DNA of 64,000 nucleotides, from the NCBI GenBank assembly GCA_965261085.1, contig OZ253442.1, positions 2,528,001 through 2,592,000 on the forward strand. Reading direction: 5' to 3'. A program made the translations under genes and the position numbers. The notes below the pieces were generated by a model. That model worked only from the letters and a program-made list of their open reading frames with translations, ran no database searches and had not been told where the DNA came from. The DNA is from a bacterium. Its GTDB lineage: Bacteria; UBA8248. Below are positions 46,912 to 55,410 of this stretch, one piece after another; the stretch's first letter is position 1; the number at the start of each line of letters is the position of its first letter.

Positions 46912-48136
46912 GCCGATGGAGGAAAAGGATTTCGACGAAAGTCCTTTCTCCACGATTGAAGAGGCGATGGGCGATATTCGCGAGGGACGCATCGTCGTCC
47001 TCGTGGATGATGAGGATCGCGAGAACGAGGGCGATTTCATCTTGGCGGCCGAGAGGGCTACGCCCGAGGCGATTAACTTCATGACCAAGCACGCGCGCGG
47101 TCTGGTTTGTCTCGCGCTCACGCCGGAGAAGGTCGAATCTCTGGGTCTCCCCATGATGGTGCCCAGCGGCCAGAACGGGTCGGCTTTCGGCACGGCTTTT
47201 ACGGTTTCCATCGAAGCGTGTGAAGGCGTCACGACGGGCATCAGCGCCTTCGACAGGGCACACACCATACAAACCGCGATACAAGAAGACGCCAGGCCGT
47301 CGGACCTGGTGACGCCCGGCCACATTTTCCCGCTGCGAGCGCAGCCGGGCGGCGTGCTCAGGCGAGCGGGCCACACGGAGGGCACGGTGGATTTGGCCCG
47401 CTTGGCTGGCCTTCAGCCCGCGGGTGTTCTTTGTGAGGTTTTGAATGAAGACGGCTCGATGGCGCGCCTCCCCAACCTGCGGAAAATAGCGAAGAAAAAC
47501 AATCTCTCCCTCGTGACCATTAAAGATCTCATCGCTTATCGCATGCGTCACGATCGCCTTGTGGAGCGTGTGGAGGAGGCTGTGGTGCCGACGGCGTTCG
47601 GCACTTTCAAGGTGTATGCGTACCACAATCAAAGCAGCGGAAGGATTCACGCCGCTTTGGTGATGGGGGAATTGAACCCGGATGAACCCACCCACATTCG
47701 AGTGCAGCCTGTGAATGCCATCTGGGATTTGTTGGCGCTCTTACGCTCTGATTGTCCGGATAGAACCAGAAATGCGCTGGCCAAAATTCAGGAAGCGGGC
47801 AAGGGGGTATTGGTTTTTTTGCAGCCCGATTCGATGGGAGAGGAATTTCCCCGAAAAGAGAAGATGTCCCCCAACCCGCGTGATGTGGATGAGAAAATCG
47901 GAATCAAGAGCGCGCCACTCGAAGGGTTGCGCGATTACGGCATTGGCGCCCAGATACTCGTGGACCTGGGCTTGCGGCGGATTCGGATCATGACGAATGA
48001 TGAGCGCAGAATCGTGGCGCTCGAAGGCTATGGCCTGGAACTCGAGGACAGGGTGACGGTGGGTATGGAGCCACCTTTGCCGGCTTTGCAAAAAAAGAGG
48101 AAGGATGGCAAGGAATCCTACTTGCAGCGTCCATAA
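46904..48136 (+). CDS. ribB: DHBP synthase fused to a degenerate GTP cyclohydrolase II domain (RibBA/RibBX type)
   Basis: DDEDRENEGD, FTVSI, TGISAFDR, PGHIFPL, GHTE; C-terminal domain lacks the canonical Zn cysteines. Confidence 0.9.
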   Translation: MPEPMEEKDFDESPFSTIEEAMGDIREGRIVVLVDDEDRENEGDFILAAERATPEAINFMTKHARGLVCLALTPEKVESLGLPMMVPSGQNGSAFGTAFTVSIEACEGVTTGISAFDRAHTIQTAIQEDARPSDLVTPGHIFPLRAQPGGVLRRAGHTEGTVDLARLAGLQPAGVLCEVLNEDGSMARLPNLRKIAKKNNLSLVTIKDLIAYRMRHDRLVERVEEAVVPTAFGTFKVYAYHNQSSGRIHAALVMGELNPDEPTHIRVQPVNAIWDLLALLRSDCPDRTRNALAKIQEAGKGVLVFLQPDSMGEEFPRKEKMSPNPRDVDEKIGIKSAPLEGLRDYGIGAQILVDLGLRRIRIMTNDERRIVALEGYGLELEDRVTVGMEPPLPALQKKRKDGKESYLQRP

Positions 48137-48154
48137 AACGCATGTGGAGAGGGA

Positions 48155-48655
48155 ATGGATAATCCGGTGGAAGGCAACCTGAACGGACAGGGTTTGCGGG
48201 TCGGCCTCGTGTCGTCGCGCTTTAACGATTTTATCGTCACGCACCTCGTGGGAGGGGCCGAGACGGCCTTGCGGCAATGCGGCGTGTCCGCAGCCGATGT
48301 GGCGCACGTGCAGGTGCCGGGGTCGTTCGAGCTTCCGGCGGCTGCAATGAAGATGGCGAAATCACAAAAATACGACGCCATCGTATGTTTAGGTTGCGTG
48401 ATACGGGGCGCTACCTCTCACTATGATTTGGTGTGCGCCGAAGCGACGAAGGGCATCGCCCAAGTGGGCGCTCAGACGGGGGTGCCGACCATTTTCGCCG
48501 TCGTCACGACGGATACGATTGAGCAGGCCATAGAGCGTGCGGGAACGAAAATGGGAAACAAGGGATACGATGGTGCCTTGGCGGCCGTGGAGATGGCGAA
48601 TTTGTTTTCGAAAATGGATGAGGATGGGAACGACGCTCTCGAAGAGGGAAAGTAA
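48155..48655 (+). CDS. ribH: 6,7-dimethyl-8-ribityllumazine synthase
   Basis: [36 protein letters not shown]. Confidence 0.97.
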   Translation: MDNPVEGNLNGQGLRVGLVSSRFNDFIVTHLVGGAETALRQCGVSAADVAHVQVPGSFELPAAAMKMAKSQKYDAIVCLGCVIRGATSHYDLVCAEATKGIAQVGAQTGVPTIFAVVTTDTIEQAIERAGTKMGNKGYDGALAAVEMANLFSKMDEDGNDALEEGK

Positions 48656-49068
48656 TGGCCGAGAACAGAAAGGCGGGACGAGAGCTTGCGTTTCAAATCC
48701 TTTATCACACCGATCGCATCGGAAGTCTTACGCCGGAGGAGGTCGAGCGCTATTGGCGGTTGCATCCCGCGGATGAGAGTTCAAGAATATTCGCCGATAG
48801 GTTGATATCGATTCTCCTGGATAAGGACCGGCAGATTAACGATTTGCTCACTGGAGCAAGCGCGAGTTGGTCGCTCGAACGCATGGACGCCGTATCGAGA
48901 AGCATATTGCGTCTGGGCGTTTGCGAAATGTATTTCGTTCCGGATATCCCGCCCGCAGTTACGATGGATGAAGCGATTCGTCTGGCCAAGCGATATGGAC
49001 CGGAGAATGCTCCTGGTTTCGTGAACGGCATCCTGGATCGTCTCCACCAAGAGAAAATGGTGGTCTAG
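48655..49068 (+). CDS. nusB: Transcription antitermination factor NusB
   Basis: R..RELAFQILY, W..ERM, EAI.LAK.YG, FVNGILD. Confidence 0.95.
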   Translation: MAENRKAGRELAFQILYHTDRIGSLTPEEVERYWRLHPADESSRIFADRLISILLDKDRQINDLLTGASASWSLERMDAVSRSILRLGVCEMYFVPDIPPAVTMDEAIRLAKRYGPENAPGFVNGILDRLHQEKMVV

Positions 49069-49069
49069 T

Positions 49070-49624
49070 GTGATACGCCTTCGCCTGTTTCCCCAGGGAC
49101 TCGATGAAGTAAAGAGTTTCGCCGCTGTTTCCATGTTCGCGGTGGAGGATTTTCCGTTTCAAGGGAGATTGGGTGAAATCGATCGCTTGCTGGAGAGCGA
49201 GGCGAGCCGCCTGGTGCAGCAGGGCAAATTGAGCGGCGCATGGGAGTCGCAAGCTTTGCTGGCCTCAAAGGGACGACTCGCGCCAGAATACGTATTGTTC
49301 GCAGGACTCGGTTCTTTGGAGGACTTGACCCTGACGAAGCTCTATCGGCGCGCAAAGGAGATTTTTAGAAGAATGATGAAGGCGTCGGCGAAGAATTTGT
49401 CGATGCAGGTTTCCGGTTTCGCGCAGCTTCCCGATGATTTCGCTCCTGTGGCCACGGAGATCATGAACGGTGCGATACGGGGCGTTATCGGAAACCCTTG
49501 GGATGTCGATATTCTTGTTTGCGAACCAAATGACGAGAAATATGACGAGTTGATTGCGCTGAGCGAGCAAATTGCTTTCAGCAGCGTGAAGAACCGCGAG
49601 CTCTCCCTGGAGGTTTTGATTTGA
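49070..49624 (+). CDS. Protein resembling the N-terminal (non-catalytic) domain of M17 leucyl aminopeptidase
   Basis: ED..P..G..G.ID.......SRL...G..SG...LL.......VLF.GLG pattern; no M17 catalytic domain. Confidence 0.6.
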   Translation: MIRLRLFPQGLDEVKSFAAVSMFAVEDFPFQGRLGEIDRLLESEASRLVQQGKLSGAWESQALLASKGRLAPEYVLFAGLGSLEDLTLTKLYRRAKEIFRRMMKASAKNLSMQVSGFAQLPDDFAPVATEIMNGAIRGVIGNPWDVDILVCEPNDEKYDELIALSEQIAFSSVKNRELSLEVLI

Positions 49625-50157
49625 GCGAGGCGCTTTTGAGGACGATTTACAAGTTTCATTTCGCTCTCCTGTTGAGCGTTTTCCTGGCGGCGGGCTGCGG
49701 CTACGAGCTCGAGGGAACCCGCCGCCCCGAGAACCTAAAAGGCGTGCGCACGATTTCGATACCTCCATTCCTGAACCAGACGAGCGAGCCGGGCCTCGGG
49801 CGCGCAGTTACGAAAACGGTGCGAGGAAGATTCTTGCGGGACGGCCGCCTCCGGGTTTCTGACTCCCCAGATGCGGATATCACTCTCGAAGGTGTTTTGC
49901 GGGAGTATCGTCTCTCTCCGATTGGCTTCACTCACGCCGACAGGGTTCAGCAATACCGCGTCGTCGTGCGCACCCGGATACGGCTGCGCGACAAGGGGCG
50001 GAGGAAATTGCTCATCAATCAGGATGTGGAGTCCTATGCCGAGTTCGAGGTTTCCTCATCCATCGCGCAAAGCGACGCGAACCGCTCGAGTGCGAATCAG
50101 CGAGTGGCCGATACTCTATCGGAAGACGTCGTCAGCCTCGTGCTAGAGGGCTTTTAG
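49621..50157 (+). CDS. lptE: LPS assembly lipoprotein LptE
   Basis: Lipobox LAAGCGY, I.I..F.NQT.EPGL; immediately upstream of holA. Confidence 0.85.
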   Translation: MSEALLRTIYKFHFALLLSVFLAAGCGYELEGTRRPENLKGVRTISIPPFLNQTSEPGLGRAVTKTVRGRFLRDGRLRVSDSPDADITLEGVLREYRLSPIGFTHADRVQQYRVVVRTRIRLRDKGRRKLLINQDVESYAEFEVSSSIAQSDANRSSANQRVADTLSEDVVSLVLEGF

Positions 50158-50158
50158 A

Positions 50159-51202
50159 TTGGCTCCGAGTCGCAAGAAGCCAAAGAGTTCCTTGGCGGCG
50201 ATCTCCGATGTGCAAAGCGCGCCGATTCGGCCCATATACCTTTTGGAAGGCAAGGACTCTTTTTTGCGGGATGAATACTTGCGCGTCATTCGCCGCAAGG
50301 TTTTTGGCGATGGACCGGATGACTTCAACCATGATCGCTTCGACTGGACCGAGGCCGATATTTCCGAAATCATTACCATTGCCCAGACGCTGCCGTTCAT
50401 GGCGGAAAAGCGCCTCATCGAAATCTTCAATTTCATCAGACCCGGCGAGAAGGATGAAGCCATCTTTCTCTCTTATCTCGACCACCCGTCTGTGTCCACG
50501 GTTCTGGTATTTTGCGTGGAGAACCCCGATATGCGGACGACTTTCTTCCAACGCCTGGTGAAGGCGAGCGTGGTTTGTCGGGTGGATATCCTGGAGGGGG
50601 AAGAATTAAAGAAATGGCTTCATGGGCGTTCCGTAGAGGTGGGGTTCGAACTGCGGCCAGAGGCCGCCGATATGCTGGTCGAAATGGTCAAGCCCTCGAT
50701 GATGAGACTCAGCACGGAACTCGAGAAGATTGCCTCCTACCTGATGCCGGGAACACTCGCCGGCGTGGATGAGATTCGTGAAATAGTCGGACACTCCAAA
50801 GAGGAGTTGCTCTATAAGTTGGGTGATTCGCTTAGCCAGGGGAGCCTGGGTGGAACCCTCGTTCTCTTGCGCCGGATGATGGAAACCGAACACCCCGTCG
50901 TGTTCGTTGGATTGTTGCGCAATTTGATTCGGCGTTGGACGATTACAAAAGCCTTGATTAGAAGTGGCCGGGGCGCCCAGGGGATTTCTCAGGTACTGGG
51001 TCTACCGCCCTTTGTGGCGAAAAGGCTCGAGAGTCAGGTAAGGGGATTACGTTCCGCCTATTTGCGCGAGTTGTACGGGAAACTGCTTCAGGTGGATCGC
51101 AAGCTAAAACGGACGAGCGACATGAAGGTCGCTCGTCAGGCGCTCGAGTTGTTTTTAGTGGATGTGCGTTTCTCCAGAAGCGGGACGCACAAGGTTGCTT
51201 AG
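50159..51202 (+). CDS. holA: DNA polymerase III subunit delta
   Basis: IYLL.G...FL, T.PF.A.KRL, ELEKI..Y, D..LK; lptE-holA-rpsT synteny. Confidence 0.92.
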   Translation: MAPSRKKPKSSLAAISDVQSAPIRPIYLLEGKDSFLRDEYLRVIRRKVFGDGPDDFNHDRFDWTEADISEIITIAQTLPFMAEKRLIEIFNFIRPGEKDEAIFLSYLDHPSVSTVLVFCVENPDMRTTFFQRLVKASVVCRVDILEGEELKKWLHGRSVEVGFELRPEAADMLVEMVKPSMMRLSTELEKIASYLMPGTLAGVDEIREIVGHSKEELLYKLGDSLSQGSLGGTLVLLRRMMETEHPVVFVGLLRNLIRRWTITKALIRSGRGAQGISQVLGLPPFVAKRLESQVRGLRSAYLRELYGKLLQVDRKLKRTSDMKVARQALELFLVDVRFSRSGTHKVA

Positions 51203-51457
51203 CTATTTGGAAGATGCCGCGTGAACTCTCTTGGCCAATCTTCCCGCGCGTCTCGACGCTGTTTTTTTGTGGATAATTCCTTTGGTGGCTGCGCGGTCCA
51301 GTTGCGACTGGGCTTTTTTCAGCAGTTCTTCGGGATTTTCTTCGCTATTCAAAACCTCTTTGATGGTGTTGCGAAACTGGGTTCGAATAGCGCGGTTTTT
51401 GGCGCGGAGAACGATATTCTGGCGATTGCGCTTTTTAGCCGAACGAATATGTGGCAA
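51203..51457 (-). CDS. rpsT: 30S ribosomal protein S20
   Basis: MPHIRSAKKR.RQ...LDRAA.KG.IHK..ASR. Confidence 0.97.
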   Translation of the reverse strand: MPHIRSAKKRNRQNIVLRAKNRAIRTQFRNTIKEVLNSEENPEELLKKAQSQLDRAATKGIIHKKTASRRAGRLAKRVHAASSK

Positions 51458-51575
51458 TTTGTTTGATTCTCCGTGAATATGGTTTAAATGTTCCTCTTGA
51501 GGCCGCTTCGCAGCACGGGTAAAATACCACGGAACAAAGGGTTGTCAAGCTCACCGCCCCGGTGTCAGGAATTTT

Positions 51576-53255
51576 GTGACCACGCCACCTGAATCCTCGA
51601 ATCCAGGACAAGAAGAAAGTGCATCTGGTGCTGCGCCGGTAGAAAATGGTGATTCCCCGGCGGAGGAGAGCATCTCCAGATTTGCGGGTCCCGTCAGTCT
51701 GGCGACTCTCATCAGCCGGGTGGCGGGTTTTTTCCGAGATATGCTGATCGCCAAATTCTTTGGCGCCGCGATGATGGCCGATGCCTTTTTCGTTGCCTTC
51801 GCGATTCCCAATCTTTTCAGGCGCATGTTTATGGAAGGGGCGCTGAGTTCCTCGTTTCTTCCTGTTTACTCCGATGTGCGTGAGCAATCCGGAGCCAGGC
51901 AGGCCCGAAAATTCGCCGGTGGCATGTTGGTGTTTCTAGTCTTCGCGGGAAGCGCGGGCTGTGCGATTGGGATTTGGTTCGCAGATCCTTTAATGAGAGC
52001 GCTGGCGCCTGGTTTTTCGAGCAACCCGGAAAAGCTGGATCTCGCGGCGCAACTCACCAGAATTATGTTCCCGTTCATCATTTTTATCGGCCTGTGGGCG
52101 GTTGCGGCCGGTATGTTGAATGCGGCGCGCCGCTTTTTCGTGCCCGCTTTCGCGCCCGCGCTCCAGAACGTGGTCATCATATTTGCTCTTTTGCTCGCAG
52201 GTTTTTTAGTGAGTAGGGCGGAAGCCATCCGTTGGCTCGCCTGGGCCGTCGTAATCGGCGGGGCAGCGCAGTTTTTCTTCCAGCTTCCTTTCATGGGGAA
52301 ACTACGAATTTTGCCGCTTCCCTCCATTCCCTGGAGGGTGGAGGGCGTCGGCAGATGCTTGGCGCTGATGGGACCGGCGGCTCTTGGAGGCGCTATTTTT
52401 CAGGTCAATGTTCTCATTGACCGGTGGCTGGCTTCGTTCCTGGCCGAAGGCTCCATTTCTTATCTCTACTATGCGAATCGATTGGTTCAACTTCCTCACG
52501 GCATATTGAGTCTCGCTGTGGTGTCCGCAGTTTTGCCGGTTTTGTCTGATTATGCGGCGAAAAACAGGGAAAATTCCGTATCCGGAGATGCCGAGCGCAA
52601 CACCATGCTCGAAGCGGGGCGTCTGACGCTGTTCATTACTATTCCCTCTACATTCGGTCTCATGGCTTTAGCCCATCCGATCATGGAGGTTATTTTCGAG
52701 CGGGGCGCGTTTACGGAAAACCATACTCTTGCGAGCGCAGCCGCACTGCGGGCGTATGCGGCGGGGCTGATGTTTTTCGGAATCACGAGACTGTTGGCCG
52801 GGGTATTTCATGCTCGGTTGAACACGAGTTTCCCGCTAAGGTGCGCCAATATTTCTGTCCTCGCGAACGTAGCGCTCAGCGTCGGTTTGATGTTTCCTCT
52901 CGGATTTGTCGGGCTCGCACTAGCCACATCGTGCTCAAGCGCTTTGAACGCGGTGTTGTTGCTGAGGGGCGTCATGCGGGAGTGGAGCGATTTTCCGAAA
53001 AAAGAGTTGTTCCGTTCCCTGAGCAGGCTTCTGGCGCTTGGAATCTTGACGGGGGTGTTCGCGTATTTCGCTCATCTTCAACTCGTTTATCTGCAACTAT
53101 GGGATGCCCAGGGTTCGTCGGTGCTAAAATTGCTGCTGATGCTGCTTGAGGTGTCCTTGGCTGCTTGCTTCTACATTTTCATAGCGAAGAAATTCGATGC
53201 TTCCTCGTATGAAACCTGGTGTCGTTTCACTCGCCTCACACGGAGGAAATCCTGA
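51576..53255 (+). CDS. murJ: Lipid II flippase MurJ
   Basis: SR..GF.RD, ADAF..AF.IPN.FRR.F.EGAL, LYYANRL.QLP. Confidence 0.96.
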   Translation: MTTPPESSNPGQEESASGAAPVENGDSPAEESISRFAGPVSLATLISRVAGFFRDMLIAKFFGAAMMADAFFVAFAIPNLFRRMFMEGALSSSFLPVYSDVREQSGARQARKFAGGMLVFLVFAGSAGCAIGIWFADPLMRALAPGFSSNPEKLDLAAQLTRIMFPFIIFIGLWAVAAGMLNAARRFFVPAFAPALQNVVIIFALLLAGFLVSRAEAIRWLAWAVVIGGAAQFFFQLPFMGKLRILPLPSIPWRVEGVGRCLALMGPAALGGAIFQVNVLIDRWLASFLAEGSISYLYYANRLVQLPHGILSLAVVSAVLPVLSDYAAKNRENSVSGDAERNTMLEAGRLTLFITIPSTFGLMALAHPIMEVIFERGAFTENHTLASAAALRAYAAGLMFFGITRLLAGVFHARLNTSFPLRCANISVLANVALSVGLMFPLGFVGLALATSCSSALNAVLLLRGVMREWSDFPKKELFRSLSRLLALGILTGVFAYFAHLQLVYLQLWDAQGSSVLKLLLMLLEVSLAACFYIFIAKKFDASSYETWCRFTRLTRRKS

Positions 53256-53272
53256 GCAATGAGGTTCGGACG

Positions 53273-54226
53273 ATGACGAAGGGAAAATTTTCGACTGGAG
53301 GTCATGAAAAAAATAATGGAGCTTCGCTGGATGCGCGCTTGATTGATATTTTAAGGACTTTCAGGGATTTTCTCCTGATCGAGCGCCGCCGTGCGGTGAA
53401 TACCGTGGAGAGTTATGGGCGCGACATCGAATCGTTTTTCTTCTGGCTGCAGGAAAACGAGGACGCTTCACCGGAGAATTGGTCGAAAAGCACAGTGATC
53501 GATTACCTCAAGGATAAGCGGGAGAAGGGAAAATCAGACACAACGCTGCGTCGTCACCTGGCGTCCATCCGTGCGCTAGCCAGGCTGTTGGTTCGCGATG
53601 GGTACATACGTGAAGATTTTACTGCGGACATCGTGCAACCTTCGAAATGGAAGCGTTTGCCCAAGACTCTTTCGCAAGAAGATATGTCCAAGATTTTACA
53701 GGCACCCGATGACAAAACGCCGCAGGCAGTTCGAGACAGGGCCATGTTCGAGCTTTTGTACGCCACCGGCATGCGCGTCAGCGAGATCATTCGACTCAAG
53801 CTTAATCAAATTGAACTTGAATCGGGATTTTGCATCGTCCATGGAAAGGGAGACAAATCCCGGCTTGTTCCCATAGGAGATGCAGCGAAAGATATGCTTG
53901 CGTATTATCTTGATACCGCCCGGCTTAGTCTTCTGCGCGCCCGGAAGTCGGATTATGTATTTCTCACGGGCCGGGGAGGGCCCATGACCCGTCAAGCTTT
54001 TTGGGCGAGGGTCAAAAGATGGGCAAAAGAAGCGGGTGTGGGAAAAAGTGTGAGCCCACATATGTTTCGTCACAGCTTCGCGACGCATTTGCTCAATCAT
54101 GGGGCTGATTTGCGGGCTGTCCAGGCGATGCTCGGACATTCCGATATTTCCACCACCGAGGTTTACACGCATGTGGATCGGGAGAATCTTCGGCGGCTTT
54201 TGGACAAGAGCCACCCGAGGGGGTAG
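53273..54226 (+). CDS. xerD: Site-specific tyrosine recombinase XerD
   Basis: NT..SY.RD, RLPK.LS, RDRAM.ELLYATGMRVSE, GKG.K.R.VP, H.FRHSFATHLL..GADLR.VQ.MLGH, TT..YTH, HPRG. Confidence 0.93.
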   Translation: MTKGKFSTGGHEKNNGASLDARLIDILRTFRDFLLIERRRAVNTVESYGRDIESFFFWLQENEDASPENWSKSTVIDYLKDKREKGKSDTTLRRHLASIRALARLLVRDGYIREDFTADIVQPSKWKRLPKTLSQEDMSKILQAPDDKTPQAVRDRAMFELLYATGMRVSEIIRLKLNQIELESGFCIVHGKGDKSRLVPIGDAAKDMLAYYLDTARLSLLRARKSDYVFLTGRGGPMTRQAFWARVKRWAKEAGVGKSVSPHMFRHSFATHLLNHGADLRAVQAMLGHSDISTTEVYTHVDRENLRRLLDKSHPRG

Positions 54227-54261
54227 GGAATGAAAAGCGAAATAAAAATAAAGTTCTTTTG

Positions 54262-54290
54262 TTGACGCCTAAAATTATAGAGCATACGAT
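54262..54290 (+). promoter_or_regulatory. Putative sigma70 promoter of the phoH operon
   Basis: TTGACG, 17-nt spacer, TACGAT; AT-rich upstream tract. Confidence 0.65.
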
Positions 54291-54300
54291 CTGATCGCGC

Positions 54301-55311
54301 ATGGGACTTCGATTTCGAAAAGCCGATCATGTAGATACGGGGAGCCTGAATCTTTTGGCGACAAGGATGTCTGCAATCCCGTTGGCCGGGCCGGACAGGT
54401 TGGTTCATATTATTGGAAACCAGGATGAATCCCTCAAGGCCGTGGAGAGGGCGTTTGAGGTAAAAATCAGAATCGCATCAGAGGGGTTCGTGGTGGAAGG
54501 CGCACCGGATGCCGCCGAGAAAGCCCGACTTTTCCTTGATGAGTTGACCGAATGCGTGGACGAGGGGTTTCGGTTCGATCCGTTGAACGTCAAGACACTG
54601 GCTCAGACCGTTGCTGTGGAACAAGACGTTACGCTTCGTTCCTTGGTGATGAATCGGATCTCGGTTTCATCGAAGAAGCGATACATCGTTCCCAAAGGCC
54701 CGGTTCAGAGTGAATACATCAGGGCGATTCGTGAAAAGGGGGTAACATTCGGAATCGGACCGGCCGGTACGGGGAAAACCTACCTGGCTATGGCCATGGC
54801 GGTTTCCGGATTGTTGGAGAAGGCATACGCCAGCATCGTGTTGACGAGGCCGGTGGTAGAGGCAGGCGAGAAGCTCGGATTTTTGCCTGGTGATTTGCAG
54901 GAAAAGGTGAATCCATATCTCAGGCCGTTGTTTGACGCTCTGAACGATATGGTGGAATTCGAGCGGGTGGAGCGTTTCATTGAAAGGGGCGAGATAGAGA
55001 TAGCGCCGCTCGCATTTATGAGGGGTCGTTCGCTGAAAGATTCTTTCATCATTCTGGATGAGGCGCAGAACACGACGCCCGAGCAGATGAAAATGTTCCT
55101 CACCCGCCTCGGCGCCCGGAGCAAGGCGGTTGTAACGGGAGATATTACGCAAATCGATTTGCCCGAAACTTCGGGGTGCGGGCTGATTCATGCCCAAGAC
55201 GTCTTGGGAGATTTAGAAGACGTTCGTTTCGTCTATTTTAGTGAACGAGATGTGGTTCGCACGCAATTGGTGAGAAAAATTGTTGCTGCATACGAGGCCC
55301 ACAGTTTATAA
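54301..55311 (+). CDS. phoH: PhoH family ATPase (YbeZ)
   Basis: GPAGTGKT, RP.VEAGEKLGFLPGD, LAFMRGR, DEAQN, GD.TQ.DL; true start may be ATG 54367. Confidence 0.95.
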   Translation: MGLRFRKADHVDTGSLNLLATRMSAIPLAGPDRLVHIIGNQDESLKAVERAFEVKIRIASEGFVVEGAPDAAEKARLFLDELTECVDEGFRFDPLNVKTLAQTVAVEQDVTLRSLVMNRISVSSKKRYIVPKGPVQSEYIRAIREKGVTFGIGPAGTGKTYLAMAMAVSGLLEKAYASIVLTRPVVEAGEKLGFLPGDLQEKVNPYLRPLFDALNDMVEFERVERFIERGEIEIAPLAFMRGRSLKDSFIILDEAQNTTPEQMKMFLTRLGARSKAVVTGDITQIDLPETSGCGLIHAQDVLGDLEDVRFVYFSERDVVRTQLVRKIVAAYEAHSL

Positions 55312-55410
55312 GCGAGTTTTCCAAAGAGTGCTTGCATAGCCGGGGGCGTTCACATATAGCCGATACGTCCACGATCCCTTCGATGCTGAAGGATTCTGGA
55401 GGTTGATCGC

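Noticed and set aside
9249-47695. Many long antisense or alternative-frame ORFs (e.g. 9249..10319, 24185..25156, 25160..26296, 26974..28212, 30367..31608, 38068..39180, 43256..44320)
   Set aside because: They overlap well-identified genes, lack family motifs, and are expected shadows in high-GC coding DNA.
53273-54226. Prophage or island integrase
   Set aside because: Size, motifs and the HPRG terminus match chromosomal XerD; the flanks are core genes and no att site or phage genes are seen.
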